Positions 10,002-18,750 are shown, numbered from the stretch's first letter. The stretch is 35,727 nt of DNA from a virus (IMGVR_UViG_3300008007_000039:1-35727); one strand, 5' to 3'. Notes: generated by a model not told the origin, from the sequence alone. Made by a program: numbers and translations.

Positions 10002-10306
10002 TATCTATCTCTTCTATTAATTAGCGCTAGTTTCGGAGCTGACAAGTGAATGCTGGCTTCCGTGTCTTCGACATTAGACCCGTAAATCTTCAACCAGTCA
10101 TTAACTGGAAGTTGTTGATTAAATGTAAGTGCAATTGTTCTTGGGTGGTATCGTTCAACACCCCAGTCTGACGACTGTATTCTCCATAAGCTTGCTTGTT
10201 CGTTCTTTAAAATAGATAGTAGCTGGAGAGTTACATTTTCATCTCCATAAACTATATCTATGTACGCCGAGCTATCGCCGCTCGGTCTTCGTCTAAGTGT
10301 TAACAT
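10001..10306 (-). CDS. Hypothetical protein between terL and portal
   Basis: Start revised to MLTLRR (ATG 10306) with GGAGGA RBS and TGATATAAT (10326-10334); its TAA overlaps the portal ATG. Confidence 0.65.
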   Translation of the reverse strand: MLTLRRRPSGDSSAYIDIVYGDENVTLQLLSILKNEQASLWRIQSSDWGVERYHPRTIALTFNQQLPVNDWLKIYGSNVEDTEASIHLSAPKLALINRRDR

Positions 10307-10346
10307 AACATCCTCCTTTTTTATAATTATATCATTTCCTGCTAAG

Positions 10347-11816
10347 TTAGTATGTTGAGTACGGATTGCTTGAGCCAGTCTCTGCTGATAAGTTGTACCC
10401 ACTATCAAGCTGAGTTGTGCCAAATTTTGTTAGCTCAGTACAAGCCCAACAAAGGGCGTCCATACGGTCTGGGCTCTTTGAATTCTTTTCCGTTGGGTTC
10501 CAGTTTGTCATCTCAAGCTCAAGATCACTAAACTCACCAACGTGGTGAACTTCATGTCGCTCATACACGGCTGCAATTGGCTCAGCGCGAACCTCTTTAC
10601 CTTTTGTTGCGTGAACAAGCTTAACAGGAGGCATAATCATAGACATTTTGCGTTTAGCTGCGTTGCGAATAATGGTAGAAACCATGTCACCGCCTTGGTT
10701 TTTCTCTGCTACAATTCTTACATCGGCTGGATATTTGTTGTATTTGTTATACATACGTATCACTTCATCAGCCCACTTCTCAGGGGATGCCATCTGCATA
10801 CTCGCATCCTCAAGTACGTAGCAATGCCCTGTGTTGTCTTGCCCAACAACGACTATACCGGTCAAGTCAGAATTTTCATTTGCAGTTACCGCTGGATCAA
10901 CACCAACTACTATTCGACGCAAGGAATCAAAATCAAAATCACTTGGCTTAACCCTAGTTGCCATAATATCATTCATCTGGAACATAGCGAATAGATTATC
11001 ATCAAGGATTTCCGCAAGACACTCCTGCCTATATAGTCTCTCTGTTAACTTCTTTTTTAGACCTTCCTCATAAGAAGCTGGTAGAAAATAATTCATTGAT
11101 GTTATACCCTTAATGAGCTTCACATCAGGATCGCTTGCTAGATCTTTAATAACTTGAGTTGGTCTTGGTGTTGTCGTAATAAGGAGTCGCGGATTTCTAC
11201 CTGATCGGAGAATAAGTCTAGCATCATCCAGCGCCTCTTGAGCGTAAGTCCAAGACGCTAATTCGTCGGCTACCACCATGTGTGCAGACATACCACGGCT
11301 CTTGCCGCTACTCTCAGCACTGAACGATAGTATCTGCGTTCCATTTGGTAGGACAAGACTTAAATCTGACTTGTTAAATACGCTGTTTTTTAATATGCTT
11401 GGGTGTATGGCTTTCAGTATCCCTGAGTCACCGCCCCAATTGACTCGCTTTAAACTGTTAAAGTCTGCACCAAAAAGAGCGATAACCTGATTTGGTTCTT
11501 TCATTGCTTCTTTGATCAGAATGTTGCTTGAGCTATGTGTCTTACCCCATCCTCGACCAGCTAGGTATAGGATTGTCTCAACATCCCACTCAACAAGCTG
11601 CTCAGGTCGCAACCAAAGTTCAGGATCGTGTAATATGTCAAGATAGCGAGGGTCTTGATTGGAGAGTGTCGCTATTGCGGTCTTTGCTTGCATTGGATTA
11701 CTGTGAATCCATTTCCTAGTTACCTTCCAGTCTTCAGGTTTGTCCTTAAAAACCGTGTTCAAGACATTAATCTCATCGTCTGTCTCGTAAAATCTATCGC
11801 CCACACTATTCTCCAT
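10347..11816 (-). CDS. terL: Terminase large subunit
   Basis: Walker A 'AGRGWGKT', Walker B 'VVADE', 'ITTTPR', RNase-H-like nuclease 'VVGVDPA' and 'SPDRMDAL'. Start codon uncertain. Confidence 0.95.
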   Translation of the reverse strand: MENSVGDRFYETDDEINVLNTVFKDKPEDWKVTRKWIHSNPMQAKTAIATLSNQDPRYLDILHDPELWLRPEQLVEWDVETILYLAGRGWGKTHSSSNILIKEAMKEPNQVIALFGADFNSLKRVNWGGDSGILKAIHPSILKNSVFNKSDLSLVLPNGTQILSFSAESSGKSRGMSAHMVVADELASWTYAQEALDDARLILRSGRNPRLLITTTPRPTQVIKDLASDPDVKLIKGITSMNYFLPASYEEGLKKKLTERLYRQECLAEILDDNLFAMFQMNDIMATRVKPSDFDFDSLRRIVVGVDPAVTANENSDLTGIVVVGQDNTGHCYVLEDASMQMASPEKWADEVIRMYNKYNKYPADVRIVAEKNQGGDMVSTIIRNAAKRKMSMIMPPVKLVHATKGKEVRAEPIAAVYERHEVHHVGEFSDLELEMTNWNPTEKNSKSPDRMDALCWACTELTKFGTTQLDSGYNLSAETGSSNPYSTY

Positions 11817-11838
11817 TTCAACCAAAACCGGTTGGTTC

Positions 11839-11870
11839 TTGACACATAAAATCGATCTGCTATTATAACA
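11839..11870. promoter_or_regulatory. Overlapping divergent promoters (plus: TTGACA-16-TATTAT with TGC; minus: TGTTATAAT)
   Basis: Both -10 elements use the same TATTATAACA at 11861-11870, at the divergence point of the late and plus-strand blocks. Confidence 0.55.
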
Positions 11871-11895
11871 TCCACTTTACTATGAGGAGATTAAT

Positions 11896-12156
11896 ATGAG
11901 TACACACAATGTCGTTACAAAAAATGTCGTTATCAAGAAAGGAACCAGCATGTCAGCCATTCTAGGCTGTCTGTTCGTCACACTTAAATTAGCTGAGCTT
12001 GGCTCAATCGCATACTGGAGCTGGTGGTTAGTTTTACTGCCGTTTTACTGGCCTATTCTGTTTATTGTGCTAGTGTTCTTTGGCGTGTTTACGCTTCATG
12101 TGATAGATCTTATTGTTGACACGGTTAAGAATTGGATGAAAGGAGTTAAGAAATGA
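11896..12156 (+). CDS. Small membrane protein (phage 'WSWWLVLLP' type)
   Basis: Two hydrophobic segments, 'FVTLKL...IAYWSWWLVLLPFY', GAGGAG RBS. Confidence 0.7.
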   Translation: MSTHNVVTKNVVIKKGTSMSAILGCLFVTLKLAELGSIAYWSWWLVLLPFYWPILFIVLVFFGVFTLHVIDLIVDTVKNWMKGVKK

Positions 12157-12482
12157 AAGTGAATACATTTAGCCTGTATAGTGGATATACTTGGTTTGGG
12201 GAGCTTCACTGGAAAAAAAGTAAGCCGCAGCACACCATTGATGGGTTCTTTAGGGACGCCGGTCAAATAGAGATAAATCTGCTTAATGTGAGTACTGTTT
12301 TTGATGTTGATAGTTCCTATTCAACATTCAATAAGGATGAGAACTATAGGACTGAGCATAAGGTTAGATTCACCAAGGTGCTAATGTGTGACGGTCGGGA
12401 GATCCTTGTTTCTCTAGAAGAAGGTGCAATCATTATAAACAAGATTCGAGAAATTGAGAGCAAGACAGGAGGATTTCGATGA
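12153..12482 (+). CDS. Hypothetical protein
   Basis: ATGA overlaps on both sides, RBS. Confidence 0.6.
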   Translation: MKVNTFSLYSGYTWFGELHWKKSKPQHTIDGFFRDAGQIEINLLNVSTVFDVDSSYSTFNKDENYRTEHKVRFTKVLMCDGREILVSLEEGAIIINKIREIESKTGGFR

Positions 12483-12685
12483 AAGCGCGAGTGAATAAGT
12501 TTGGAAATGTCGTGTTGACGCCAGAGAGCGAGGCCGAGCACTTCATACTGCACCATACTGAGTTTGAGACGGTTGAGGAGGAGTATGGCGGGAGTGTTGT
12601 TAATGTGCGCTGTGAGTTTGATGATTACGACTTTTTTGAACAGCTAAGAGAGGCGCTTGAGTCTAACGGGGTGTTGTTGAAATGA
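12479..12685 (+). CDS. Hypothetical protein, paralog family A (copy 1)
   Basis: GGAGG RBS; N-terminus similar to the 16100 and 18465 ORFs. Confidence 0.65.
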   Translation: MKARVNKFGNVVLTPESEAEHFILHHTEFETVEEEYGGSVVNVRCEFDDYDFFEQLREALESNGVLLK

Positions 12686-13242
12686 CTGAAAAAGATGTGC
12701 TAAAGAGCATTGCTAGGTCATACGATTTAAAGAAAAAATTTAGTGTCATGATGCCAAACTGCTTTATTGCCAGCGATAATGAGGCGGATATGTTTTGCAT
12801 TCAAAAAAATAAGATCTGCCACGAATTCGAGGTAAAACTGTCTCGTCAAGACTTCTTAAAGGACAAAAAGAAAAGAATAAAGTACCGAGAGGTAGATGTA
12901 ACACTGGATGTATTTCATGGCAATGAATATCAGAGATGGGTGGCGGATGGTCGTATTGCAGGGACTGAGCCATGGAAGATGAATAAGCTTGAGTGCTATC
13001 GGCAAGGGCTTGGTACTCCGAATTACTTTTGGTATGTGCTTGGGCCAGATGTAAAGCTAACACCTGATGAGATTTCCGAAATAACTGAATTTGCAGGTAT
13101 CTACGTTGTTGGTAATGGCTTAAAAATGAAGCAAAAGGCCAAGAAATTGCATAACAGGAAAATAGATGATGCTTTTTATATAAATGTATTGATGAAGGGT
13201 TGCTATCGTTATTTGGATTTATTTTCCGCTGGAATGGATTGA
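12682..13242 (+). CDS. PD-(D/E)xK nuclease-fold protein, MmcB-like
   Basis: 'EADMFCI...HEFEVKLSRQDFLKD...PNYFWYV...AGIY' motif pattern. Confidence 0.65.
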   Translation: MTEKDVLKSIARSYDLKKKFSVMMPNCFIASDNEADMFCIQKNKICHEFEVKLSRQDFLKDKKKRIKYREVDVTLDVFHGNEYQRWVADGRIAGTEPWKMNKLECYRQGLGTPNYFWYVLGPDVKLTPDEISEITEFAGIYVVGNGLKMKQKAKKLHNRKIDDAFYINVLMKGCYRYLDLFSAGMD

Positions 13243-13266
13243 CAGAAATGCTGCATAGAGTAGAAT
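13239..13266 (+). promoter_or_regulatory. sigma70-like promoter
   Basis: TTGACA-16-TAGAAT. Confidence 0.55.
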
Positions 13267-13301
13267 ACTGTTCGATTGCTGTTAATTGAACGGAGGCTTA
13301 A

Positions 13302-13526
13302 ATGGAGTATGTCAGTTTTGGTGGGGTTATGGACTTTAGGATGATGTCGATAGAGACGATGAAAACAGTGTCTATCAGTGAATTAAGACTAGAACACGCC
13401 AGAGCATCAGCGAAACTGATGGAAATATCTTAACTCGAAATGCAAGGTGAAGACAAGCAAGACCTAAATAGGTTAAAGCTTGTCATAAGCGGGTATATGA
13501 GGTCAATTGAGATGGAGATTTTATGA
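13302..13526 (+). pseudogene. Small gene interrupted by an in-frame TAA (13431-13433)
   Basis: GGAGG RBS + ATG 13302; the frame stays open for 30 codons after the TAA and ends in a TGA overlapping the next ATG (ATGA). Confidence 0.55.
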
Positions 13527-13720
13527 AAGAGTATAAGTGTATTAATGAGCATGAAATAAGGCTACACAACGACATACATAGGGTGTGCGTTGGTGACAAG
13601 GTTGAGGTTGACTTAAATGAACGCAATGGCGATATCCTAGTTGGCTATCACGGGAACGGGTTTATTGAGTGGAAGCGAGTCCATGCCAGTGTGCTGAAGG
13701 ACTTCAAGGAGGTTGTATGA
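13523..13720 (+). CDS. Hypothetical protein
   Basis: GGAG RBS, ATGA overlap. Confidence 0.6.
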   Translation: MKEYKCINEHEIRLHNDIHRVCVGDKVEVDLNERNGDILVGYHGNGFIEWKRVHASVLKDFKEVV

Positions 13721-13917
13721 CCGATGAAGAGATAATAAATGAGCTTAAACACACTTTACTTCAGGTGATGTTGCTGGTAAGATCAAAGGATATTGATGGT
13801 CTTGGATCTCTGTGTGATGGCGATCATCAGTGGACGCTGAGAGATGAAATCGTGTTTTTTATAGATACTAAGTTGAAGGAGGTTGAGAATGAAAGCAAAA
13901 ATAACCATAAGTCGTAG
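13717..13917 (+). CDS. Hypothetical protein
   Basis: Start revised to MTDEE (GGAGG RBS). Confidence 0.55.
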   Translation: MTDEEIINELKHTLLQVMLLVRSKDIDGLGSLCDGDHQWTLRDEIVFFIDTKLKEVENESKNNHKS

Positions 13918-14268
13918 AGGAATGAGCAAATCAGAATCTGATTTTTATATTGAAATTAAAGATGAAAATAGCGGGGTAAAAGTCGCTGAAGTTAAAATGA
14001 ATGCAGATCAATTTGCCCATGCAATGACTGGAATGTGGAATGTCGATTGTGAGTGGGAATTCATGCCGATCCAAAAAGTGAGCTTGCTGGCTACCGAGCA
14101 ACGCCAGAAGAGGTGCTAGAGGATTTTAAGAGATTTGACTACGAATGGATGCTTTGGCATGATGGAACTAGATCGCAACAGCGCGGGAGCGAGCATCAAT
14201 ACACTATTTACAAGTTTGTCGATCCAGAGTCTGATGAAGGCAAGCAGAAATTAAGTGAGCGTTATTAA
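13889..14268 (+). pseudogene. Probable single gene split by a frameshift/deletion near 14060-14070
   Basis: MKAKITISR...CEWEFMP has a good RBS and then turns non-protein-like, while the overlapping frame DPKSELAGY...YKFVD lacks a convincing start. Confidence 0.5.
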
Positions 14269-14521
14269 TTTAATTGCGTGGAGGTTGAAAATGGAAACAA
14301 ATAATTGGCTTATGGAGGTAAAACTATGGTATATCGGTGCAGTTGATTATGTCAGAATGGCTGTTCTTGAGCGATTGTTAAAGGACTCTATTTACATCGG
14401 TGAAGGCGCTAAACTCACTATTGGTGAAGAGTTTGACATAGATTGCAAGCACCTGTACATCAATGGACTGATTGTTGTTGTGGACGATATTATTGACATC
14501 AAGCAAGAGACGGGTGGTTAG
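14255..14521 (+). CDS. Hypothetical protein (start uncertain, ATG 14291 plausible)
   Basis: ORF in co-oriented run; GGAGG upstream of 14291. Confidence 0.5.
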   Translation: MSVINLIAWRLKMETNNWLMEVKLWYIGAVDYVRMAVLERLLKDSIYIGEGAKLTIGEEFDIDCKHLYINGLIVVVDDIIDIKQETGG

Positions 14522-14544
14522 GAGTGCGGTTAGGAGTGTGGTTA
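14515..14544 (+). repeat. 12-bp tandem repeat (YGGTTAGGAGTG x2.5)
   Basis: tggttaggagtg-cggttaggagtg-tggtta. Confidence 0.7.
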
Positions 14545-14572
14545 TGCGCTAATTATTAACTTAGGAGGATGT

Positions 14573-14842
14573 ATGATTGAAGAGATCAAAGCTGGATTTA
14601 ATGTTGAGCCACTAGGATTCGACATGGAAGGCAACCCATTTTATATAGGTAGCAAGTTAAAGTTAAGCTACGGAATTCCAAGTGCTATTGCTGTGTTTGA
14701 TGTCGGTATTGGAGTTGGTGAATTTAATGGAAAAATCATCTTGACAACGAAGGATGCACAGCCTAATATCATCAGCTTAGATGAGTATATTGCTAGTGGC
14801 AATATGAATAGTACGATTGTTTTGGAGGTTGATCATGGCTAA
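14573..14842 (+). CDS. Hypothetical protein
   Basis: AGGAGG RBS. Confidence 0.65.
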   Translation: MIEEIKAGFNVEPLGFDMEGNPFYIGSKLKLSYGIPSAIAVFDVGIGVGEFNGKIILTTKDAQPNIISLDEYIASGNMNSTIVLEVDHG

Positions 14843-15050
14843 ATACAAAGAAAAGATCGTTTATCGTGATGGTAATTTCATAATCGCAAGATGCCAGAAT
14901 CGAGGCTATGAGCCATATCATGCGCTTAAAGAAGAAAGAAAATTCCTGTGGATTAAGTACCGTGAAGTAATTAGGTGCGCATATGGTAGTTCTTGGCTTG
15001 AGTATCTAAAAAATTTAATTAAAGAAACAAAGGAGTTTGACCGTGATTAA
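14835..15050 (+). CDS. Hypothetical protein
   Basis: Start revised to MAKYK (GGAGG RBS). Confidence 0.6.
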   Translation: MAKYKEKIVYRDGNFIIARCQNRGYEPYHALKEERKFLWIKYREVIRCAYGSSWLEYLKNLIKETKEFDRD

Positions 15051-15420
15051 GTTAATTATAGATAAATATGTAAACTGGCGCGCAAGCAAGGTACGTGCTG
15101 GGTTTAGATTATTGTGCAATAAGCTTGCTGCTGGTGAGGTCAAATGGGTTGGCAAGGAGCGTGGAGGTGTCCGTGGATATATAGGCGGAACCGATCTTTA
15201 CCTTCAGCTTAACCCTGTTGGTTATTACTACAATCTACTTATTGACAACGCTACTGTTGAGATGACAAATGACGAGAAATGGCTGTTTAAGAGGTCTTTG
15301 GCAATACACTCCAAAAAAGAGCAGGAAGTGTACGATAGTAAGATGAAAGAAAGAAAAGACCTGCATAGAGATCGAGTTGATGCTGAGTTAGCGCTTGTTG
15401 AGGCTGGTTATGAAGAATAA
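15037..15420 (+). CDS. Hypothetical protein
   Basis: AAGGAG RBS; GTG 15043 is an alternative start. Confidence 0.6.
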   Translation: MTVIKLIIDKYVNWRASKVRAGFRLLCNKLAAGEVKWVGKERGGVRGYIGGTDLYLQLNPVGYYYNLLIDNATVEMTNDEKWLFKRSLAIHSKKEQEVYDSKMKERKDLHRDRVDAELALVEAGYEE

Positions 15421-15556
15421 GCCAGTGACTATCACAGGACTGCCGCCAGAGAAGCTTGGTAGTGTTGTGGATGGATACGTGACTGCTGGTGGGTATGTTG
15501 AAGTGCGTCACAATATGTCTAGCAATACCTACGTTGTAAGTGTTAGATGGGATTAG
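15410..15556 (+). CDS. Small hypothetical protein (48 aa, not in ORF track)
   Basis: GAGG RBS, MKNKPVTITGLPPEKLG...VSVRWD*. Confidence 0.5.
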   Translation: MKNKPVTITGLPPEKLGSVVDGYVTAGGYVEVRHNMSSNTYVVSVRWD

Positions 15557-15598
15557 TTAGCTGATTGGTGTATTGTTTGGCTAGTTGGATAAAAAGGG

Positions 15599-15627
15599 TT
15601 GCTTTTTGGTTTAAATGGGATTAAAAT
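15599..15627 (+). promoter_or_regulatory. sigma70-like promoter
   Basis: TTGCTT-17-TAAAAT upstream of AGGAGG/ATG 15666. Confidence 0.6.
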
Positions 15628-15665
15628 GGTAATTAGGTTGAATTGGATTAAATTAGGAGGTTGTT

Positions 15666-16094
15666 ATGAAAGAGTTTGAATATAAAGGTTATAAGCTAAA
15701 AGAAGGTGTTGTTTATTTTGATAATGACAGTGAGTTTGTGTTGTTTAAGGAAGGTAATGGCGGAAGGATTCTATTCTGGTTTCTGGACAGTACTTGGGAT
15801 AGCGTAAGCTTGGATTCTGCTACTTACTTCGAGACTGTTTTTGATGAAGAGTATTTAAATAGGCTATATGAAGTGACTGGTGATGGTTTTAAGCCAGTAG
15901 AAAAGGTATGGGAGCCTGAAGCTGGGAAGGTTTACTTGTTTTCGGATTATTCGCTTGAGGAGTCTATTTCAAATGGTGGTCATACCATTTCAAAGCTAAG
16001 CAGAAAGCACGATGGTGAGTTTTGCTGGGTATGCGCTAATGGTAGTGCTTACAAAAACATTTACAAGGTTCCGGCTGAGCTGCTGGGTGAATAG
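15666..16094 (+). CDS. Hypothetical acidic protein with internal duplication
   Basis: AGGAGG RBS; 'GYKLKEGVVYFD' / 'WEPEAGKVYLFSD'; resembles the 20165 ORF. Confidence 0.65.
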   Translation: MKEFEYKGYKLKEGVVYFDNDSEFVLFKEGNGGRILFWFLDSTWDSVSLDSATYFETVFDEEYLNRLYEVTGDGFKPVEKVWEPEAGKVYLFSDYSLEESISNGGHTISKLSRKHDGEFCWVCANGSAYKNIYKVPAELLGE

Positions 16095-16099
16095 GATGT

Positions 16100-16342
16100 A
16101 TGAAAGCTGAAATATTAGAAAGTGGAAAGATTAAGCTAACTGCCGAGAACATGGCAGAAAAGGTGTTATTGAATCAGATTGTTGTAGATTGTGGCACAGA
16201 GAGTGTTGGCAAGCGTTTCGTTGTGAGCGGAAATATCGAGGAGCCGGTCGATATTCCGTGGCGACTGTATCATCCGCATGTCAATGAGCCCTATGTTTTA
16301 GATGGAAGTGGACTGAGACGTGTCGGGGATAATGGATTATGA
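16100..16342 (+). CDS. Hypothetical protein, paralog family A (copy 2)
   Basis: MKAEILESGKIKLTAENMAEKVLL. Confidence 0.65.
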   Translation: MKAEILESGKIKLTAENMAEKVLLNQIVVDCGTESVGKRFVVSGNIEEPVDIPWRLYHPHVNEPYVLDGSGLRRVGDNGL

Positions 16343-16497
16343 AGCAGTTTTTATCGACATGTATTCATGGTAACTGGCATATTGGCTGGGAAAGCTTTGA
16401 GAGGCCTAAATTTGGCGCTTATGCTAACTATGCTGCTGGCTGGCATTATGTTATTCATATTGGCAAGTTCTATGTCGGTGTGAGTGATTGGGGCTGA
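16339..16497 (+). CDS. Small aromatic-rich hypothetical protein (52 aa, not in ORF track)
   Basis: ATGA overlap; MKQFLSTCIHGNWHIGW...VSDWG*. Confidence 0.5.
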   Translation: MKQFLSTCIHGNWHIGWESFERPKFGAYANYAAGWHYVIHIGKFYVGVSDWG

Positions 16498-16581
16498 CTG
16501 GCTGATTGTGGTTGAGTGATTGGCTGATTGGTATTAGATTGGACTGATTGGTATTATATTGGTATTTAAATAGGAGGTAGC

Positions 16582-17106
16582 ATGGATTTACGCAATAAGA
16601 AGATGAAAGTAACACCAGAACAGAGTGAGGTTGTTCAACGCTATGCATTTTTGCATGGGTTCAAGTGGGCTGATGGCAGTGATCAGGTTGGACATAAAGA
16701 TAAGCCATATCTGTTTTTTTATGATGACATGACGGCAACTCATTCGGTTGATCAGTGGGCATTTGATGATCATTTGCATGAGGAGCTTATGTATGATGAG
16801 TTTCTTGTTGGCAAGCTGATTGAGGAGGTTGCTGGTGTCGAGCTATTGGCCGAAATGATTATGAAATGCGAGACAATGACAGGTGATTGGCTAAATGCAC
16901 TTGCTAATGCCAAAGACAGGGTGGCTATGGAGAAAGAGCAGGTGCGTAAGACTGCAATGGTTAAGGAAATGACCGATGCGTTCAATGGGGCTATGAAAGG
17001 TATCAGCGATGCTGAATTGTATGGTAACGCTGATGAATGGCAGGACAAGGGGTTTCTCAGTGTCGTTGAATGGCTTGAGTCTAAGTATGATTTGGTGGAG
17101 AAATAA
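16582..17106 (+). CDS. Hypothetical protein
   Basis: AGGAGG RBS, 174 aa. Confidence 0.7.
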   Translation: MDLRNKKMKVTPEQSEVVQRYAFLHGFKWADGSDQVGHKDKPYLFFYDDMTATHSVDQWAFDDHLHEELMYDEFLVGKLIEEVAGVELLAEMIMKCETMTGDWLNALANAKDRVAMEKEQVRKTAMVKEMTDAFNGAMKGISDAELYGNADEWQDKGFLSVVEWLESKYDLVEK

Positions 17107-17108
17107 GT

Positions 17109-17456
17109 ATGGCTAGTAAGAGCTTAAGTATCAAAGTGGATGTTATGAATATTGACAAGGTTAAAACACTGATAGATCTATTGGGTGAGTATATTGATGA
17201 GCTGCCTGAAGAAGTCGTGTCTGCACTGGAGTTGCTGGCTGATTGTGATGAATGCGAGATAACATCCGATAGCGTAGAAGTTGCGAGGCTTGGGTATCCG
17301 GCAAGGGTTATATGCGATGGTATTGAGGTTGAATCGGTTGTTAGCATCAATAAGGTGCTGAAGCGTGTCACTTACCTTGATGGCGTTGAAACGAGGCTCC
17401 TATACCCAAATACAGTGGTTGTTGAGGGTGTAAATGGTGCGTTGGTTGTTTTTTAG
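17109..17456 (+). CDS. Hypothetical protein
   Basis: GGAG RBS, co-oriented. Confidence 0.6.
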   Translation: MASKSLSIKVDVMNIDKVKTLIDLLGEYIDELPEEVVSALELLADCDECEITSDSVEVARLGYPARVICDGIEVESVVSINKVLKRVTYLDGVETRLLYPNTVVVEGVNGALVVF

Positions 17457-17474
17457 ATTAAAATAGGAGGGGTC

Positions 17475-17594
17475 ATGAAGCTTGAGGAATTGATTAAAGA
17501 ATTAGAGGTATTGGATCAAGATAAGGTTGTTGATGGCTTTGGTGAGCCTATTACGAGTGCTCACATTAAGTTGTGGGGGCTTGATAATGTTTGA
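17475..17594 (+). CDS. Short, possibly truncated hypothetical protein (39 aa)
   Basis: AGGAGG RBS; MKLEELIKELEVLDQDKVVDGFGEP...*. Confidence 0.45.
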   Translation: MKLEELIKELEVLDQDKVVDGFGEPITSAHIKLWGLDNV

Positions 17595-17850
17595 GAGTGA
17601 CGATAGTATTGCGTATTTTGCAATAATGCAGTGGGTTAGGTACATAGAAACAGGTAGTTTTACTGGCCTAGACAAGAAGAAAATGCTTGAGCTTGCTGAG
17701 TCGGATAGGGGCGTGAAGCGGATTGCTGAGTCGCTACCTGTTCTGGCGCAGGAGCAACAGGAGTTCGTCTATCGACTAGAAGATTTAGCTGCAAAGATTA
17801 TTAATGAGAAGCCGCTTAGTGGTGTAGATGGGAGGAGTGAGGCATCATGA
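17587..17850 (+). CDS. Hypothetical protein
   Basis: Start revised to MFESDD (GGGGG RBS). Confidence 0.6.
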   Translation: MFESDDSIAYFAIMQWVRYIETGSFTGLDKKKMLELAESDRGVKRIAESLPVLAQEQQEFVYRLEDLAAKIINEKPLSGVDGRSEAS

Positions 17851-18083
17851 ATTACGAGAAATTGTTTCAAGATGTAAAAAGTGGGGAGTTTGATAGTGGT
17901 AAGCTTGAGCTTGTCATGGGGGATGATGGCGGTTATTGGCGTGGTATGACCGAGGATTACGATGAAAATGAGCGGCTTGAGAAGTTGGCTGATGATAGGT
18001 ATGGTACGTTAGGTGGTGATGTCGACATAGTAGATGTCATAAACGCCGCTGGTGCCGCTGGTGTGAATTGTAATCGGTGTTGA
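17847..18083 (+). CDS. Hypothetical acidic protein
   Basis: GAGG RBS, ATGA overlap. Confidence 0.6.
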   Translation: MNYEKLFQDVKSGEFDSGKLELVMGDDGGYWRGMTEDYDENERLEKLADDRYGTLGGDVDIVDVINAAGAAGVNCNRC

Positions 18084-18105
18084 TGAATGGCTTGAAGGGG
18101 AGGAT

Positions 18106-18453
18106 ATGAAAGTATCAAAAGAAGGCTTGAGGGAAGGAGCTAGGATAGCGTTCAGAGATAGGATCGTCAGAGGTTATCATGAGCTGAGAGGCGATGAAGT
18201 TAGTGAGGCAATGCTAGCCATTAATATGTCAGTGGATCAGTGGCATACCTTCATAGGGATGTGTGAGGGGTTGATTGGCGATGACGAAATTGATCAGTTT
18301 TTAACCCATAAATCATTTATTGTTAGATGGCATGTCGCTGTTTACGGTAGTGATTGCCATAGGGATAAGCTTGCAAATGACGAGCATATGTTTGTGCTTG
18401 ATGAGGTTTCTCGGTTTAGAGATTTTGAAATGTCACATGAGTTTGATGAATAA
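18106..18453 (+). CDS. Hypothetical protein
   Basis: GGGGAGG RBS. Confidence 0.6.
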   Translation: MKVSKEGLREGARIAFRDRIVRGYHELRGDEVSEAMLAINMSVDQWHTFIGMCEGLIGDDEIDQFLTHKSFIVRWHVAVYGSDCHRDKLANDEHMFVLDEVSRFRDFEMSHEFDE

Positions 18454-18464
18454 TAGGAGGGGTT

Positions 18465-18647
18465 ATGAAAGCAGTTTTGAACGAGAATGGGCGGATTACG
18501 TTGATCGCAGAAACCGTCGCTGAGAAGGTTGTACTGGACATGATCGATGTAGGTGATGAATGGCTGATACAAGACAAGTTTGATTTTCAGTGGATTGAGG
18601 GTGGAGATAAGGGTGGAAAGTTGGTGTTTCCAGAAGGGGTTAGATGA
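18465..18647 (+). CDS. Hypothetical protein, paralog family A (copy 3)
   Basis: AGGAGG RBS; MKAVLNENGRITLIAETVAEKVVL. Confidence 0.65.
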   Translation: MKAVLNENGRITLIAETVAEKVVLDMIDVGDEWLIQDKFDFQWIEGGDKGGKLVFPEGVR

Positions 18648-18750
18648 TGGTGTTAGCTATGTTAGCAAGAGGGTTGCTTGTGGTGATGGGGTTATTACTG
18701 GTGAGTTTGTAGACGCGCATTAACATGGTTTAAGTTTGTTTATTAGAGCT

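Noticed and set aside
1929-11849. Plus-strand ORFs inside the structural genes
   Set aside because: Antisense shadows of well-supported minus-strand genes.
13431-13433. Stop-codon reassignment
   Set aside because: Single case; all three stops terminate well-supported genes elsewhere.
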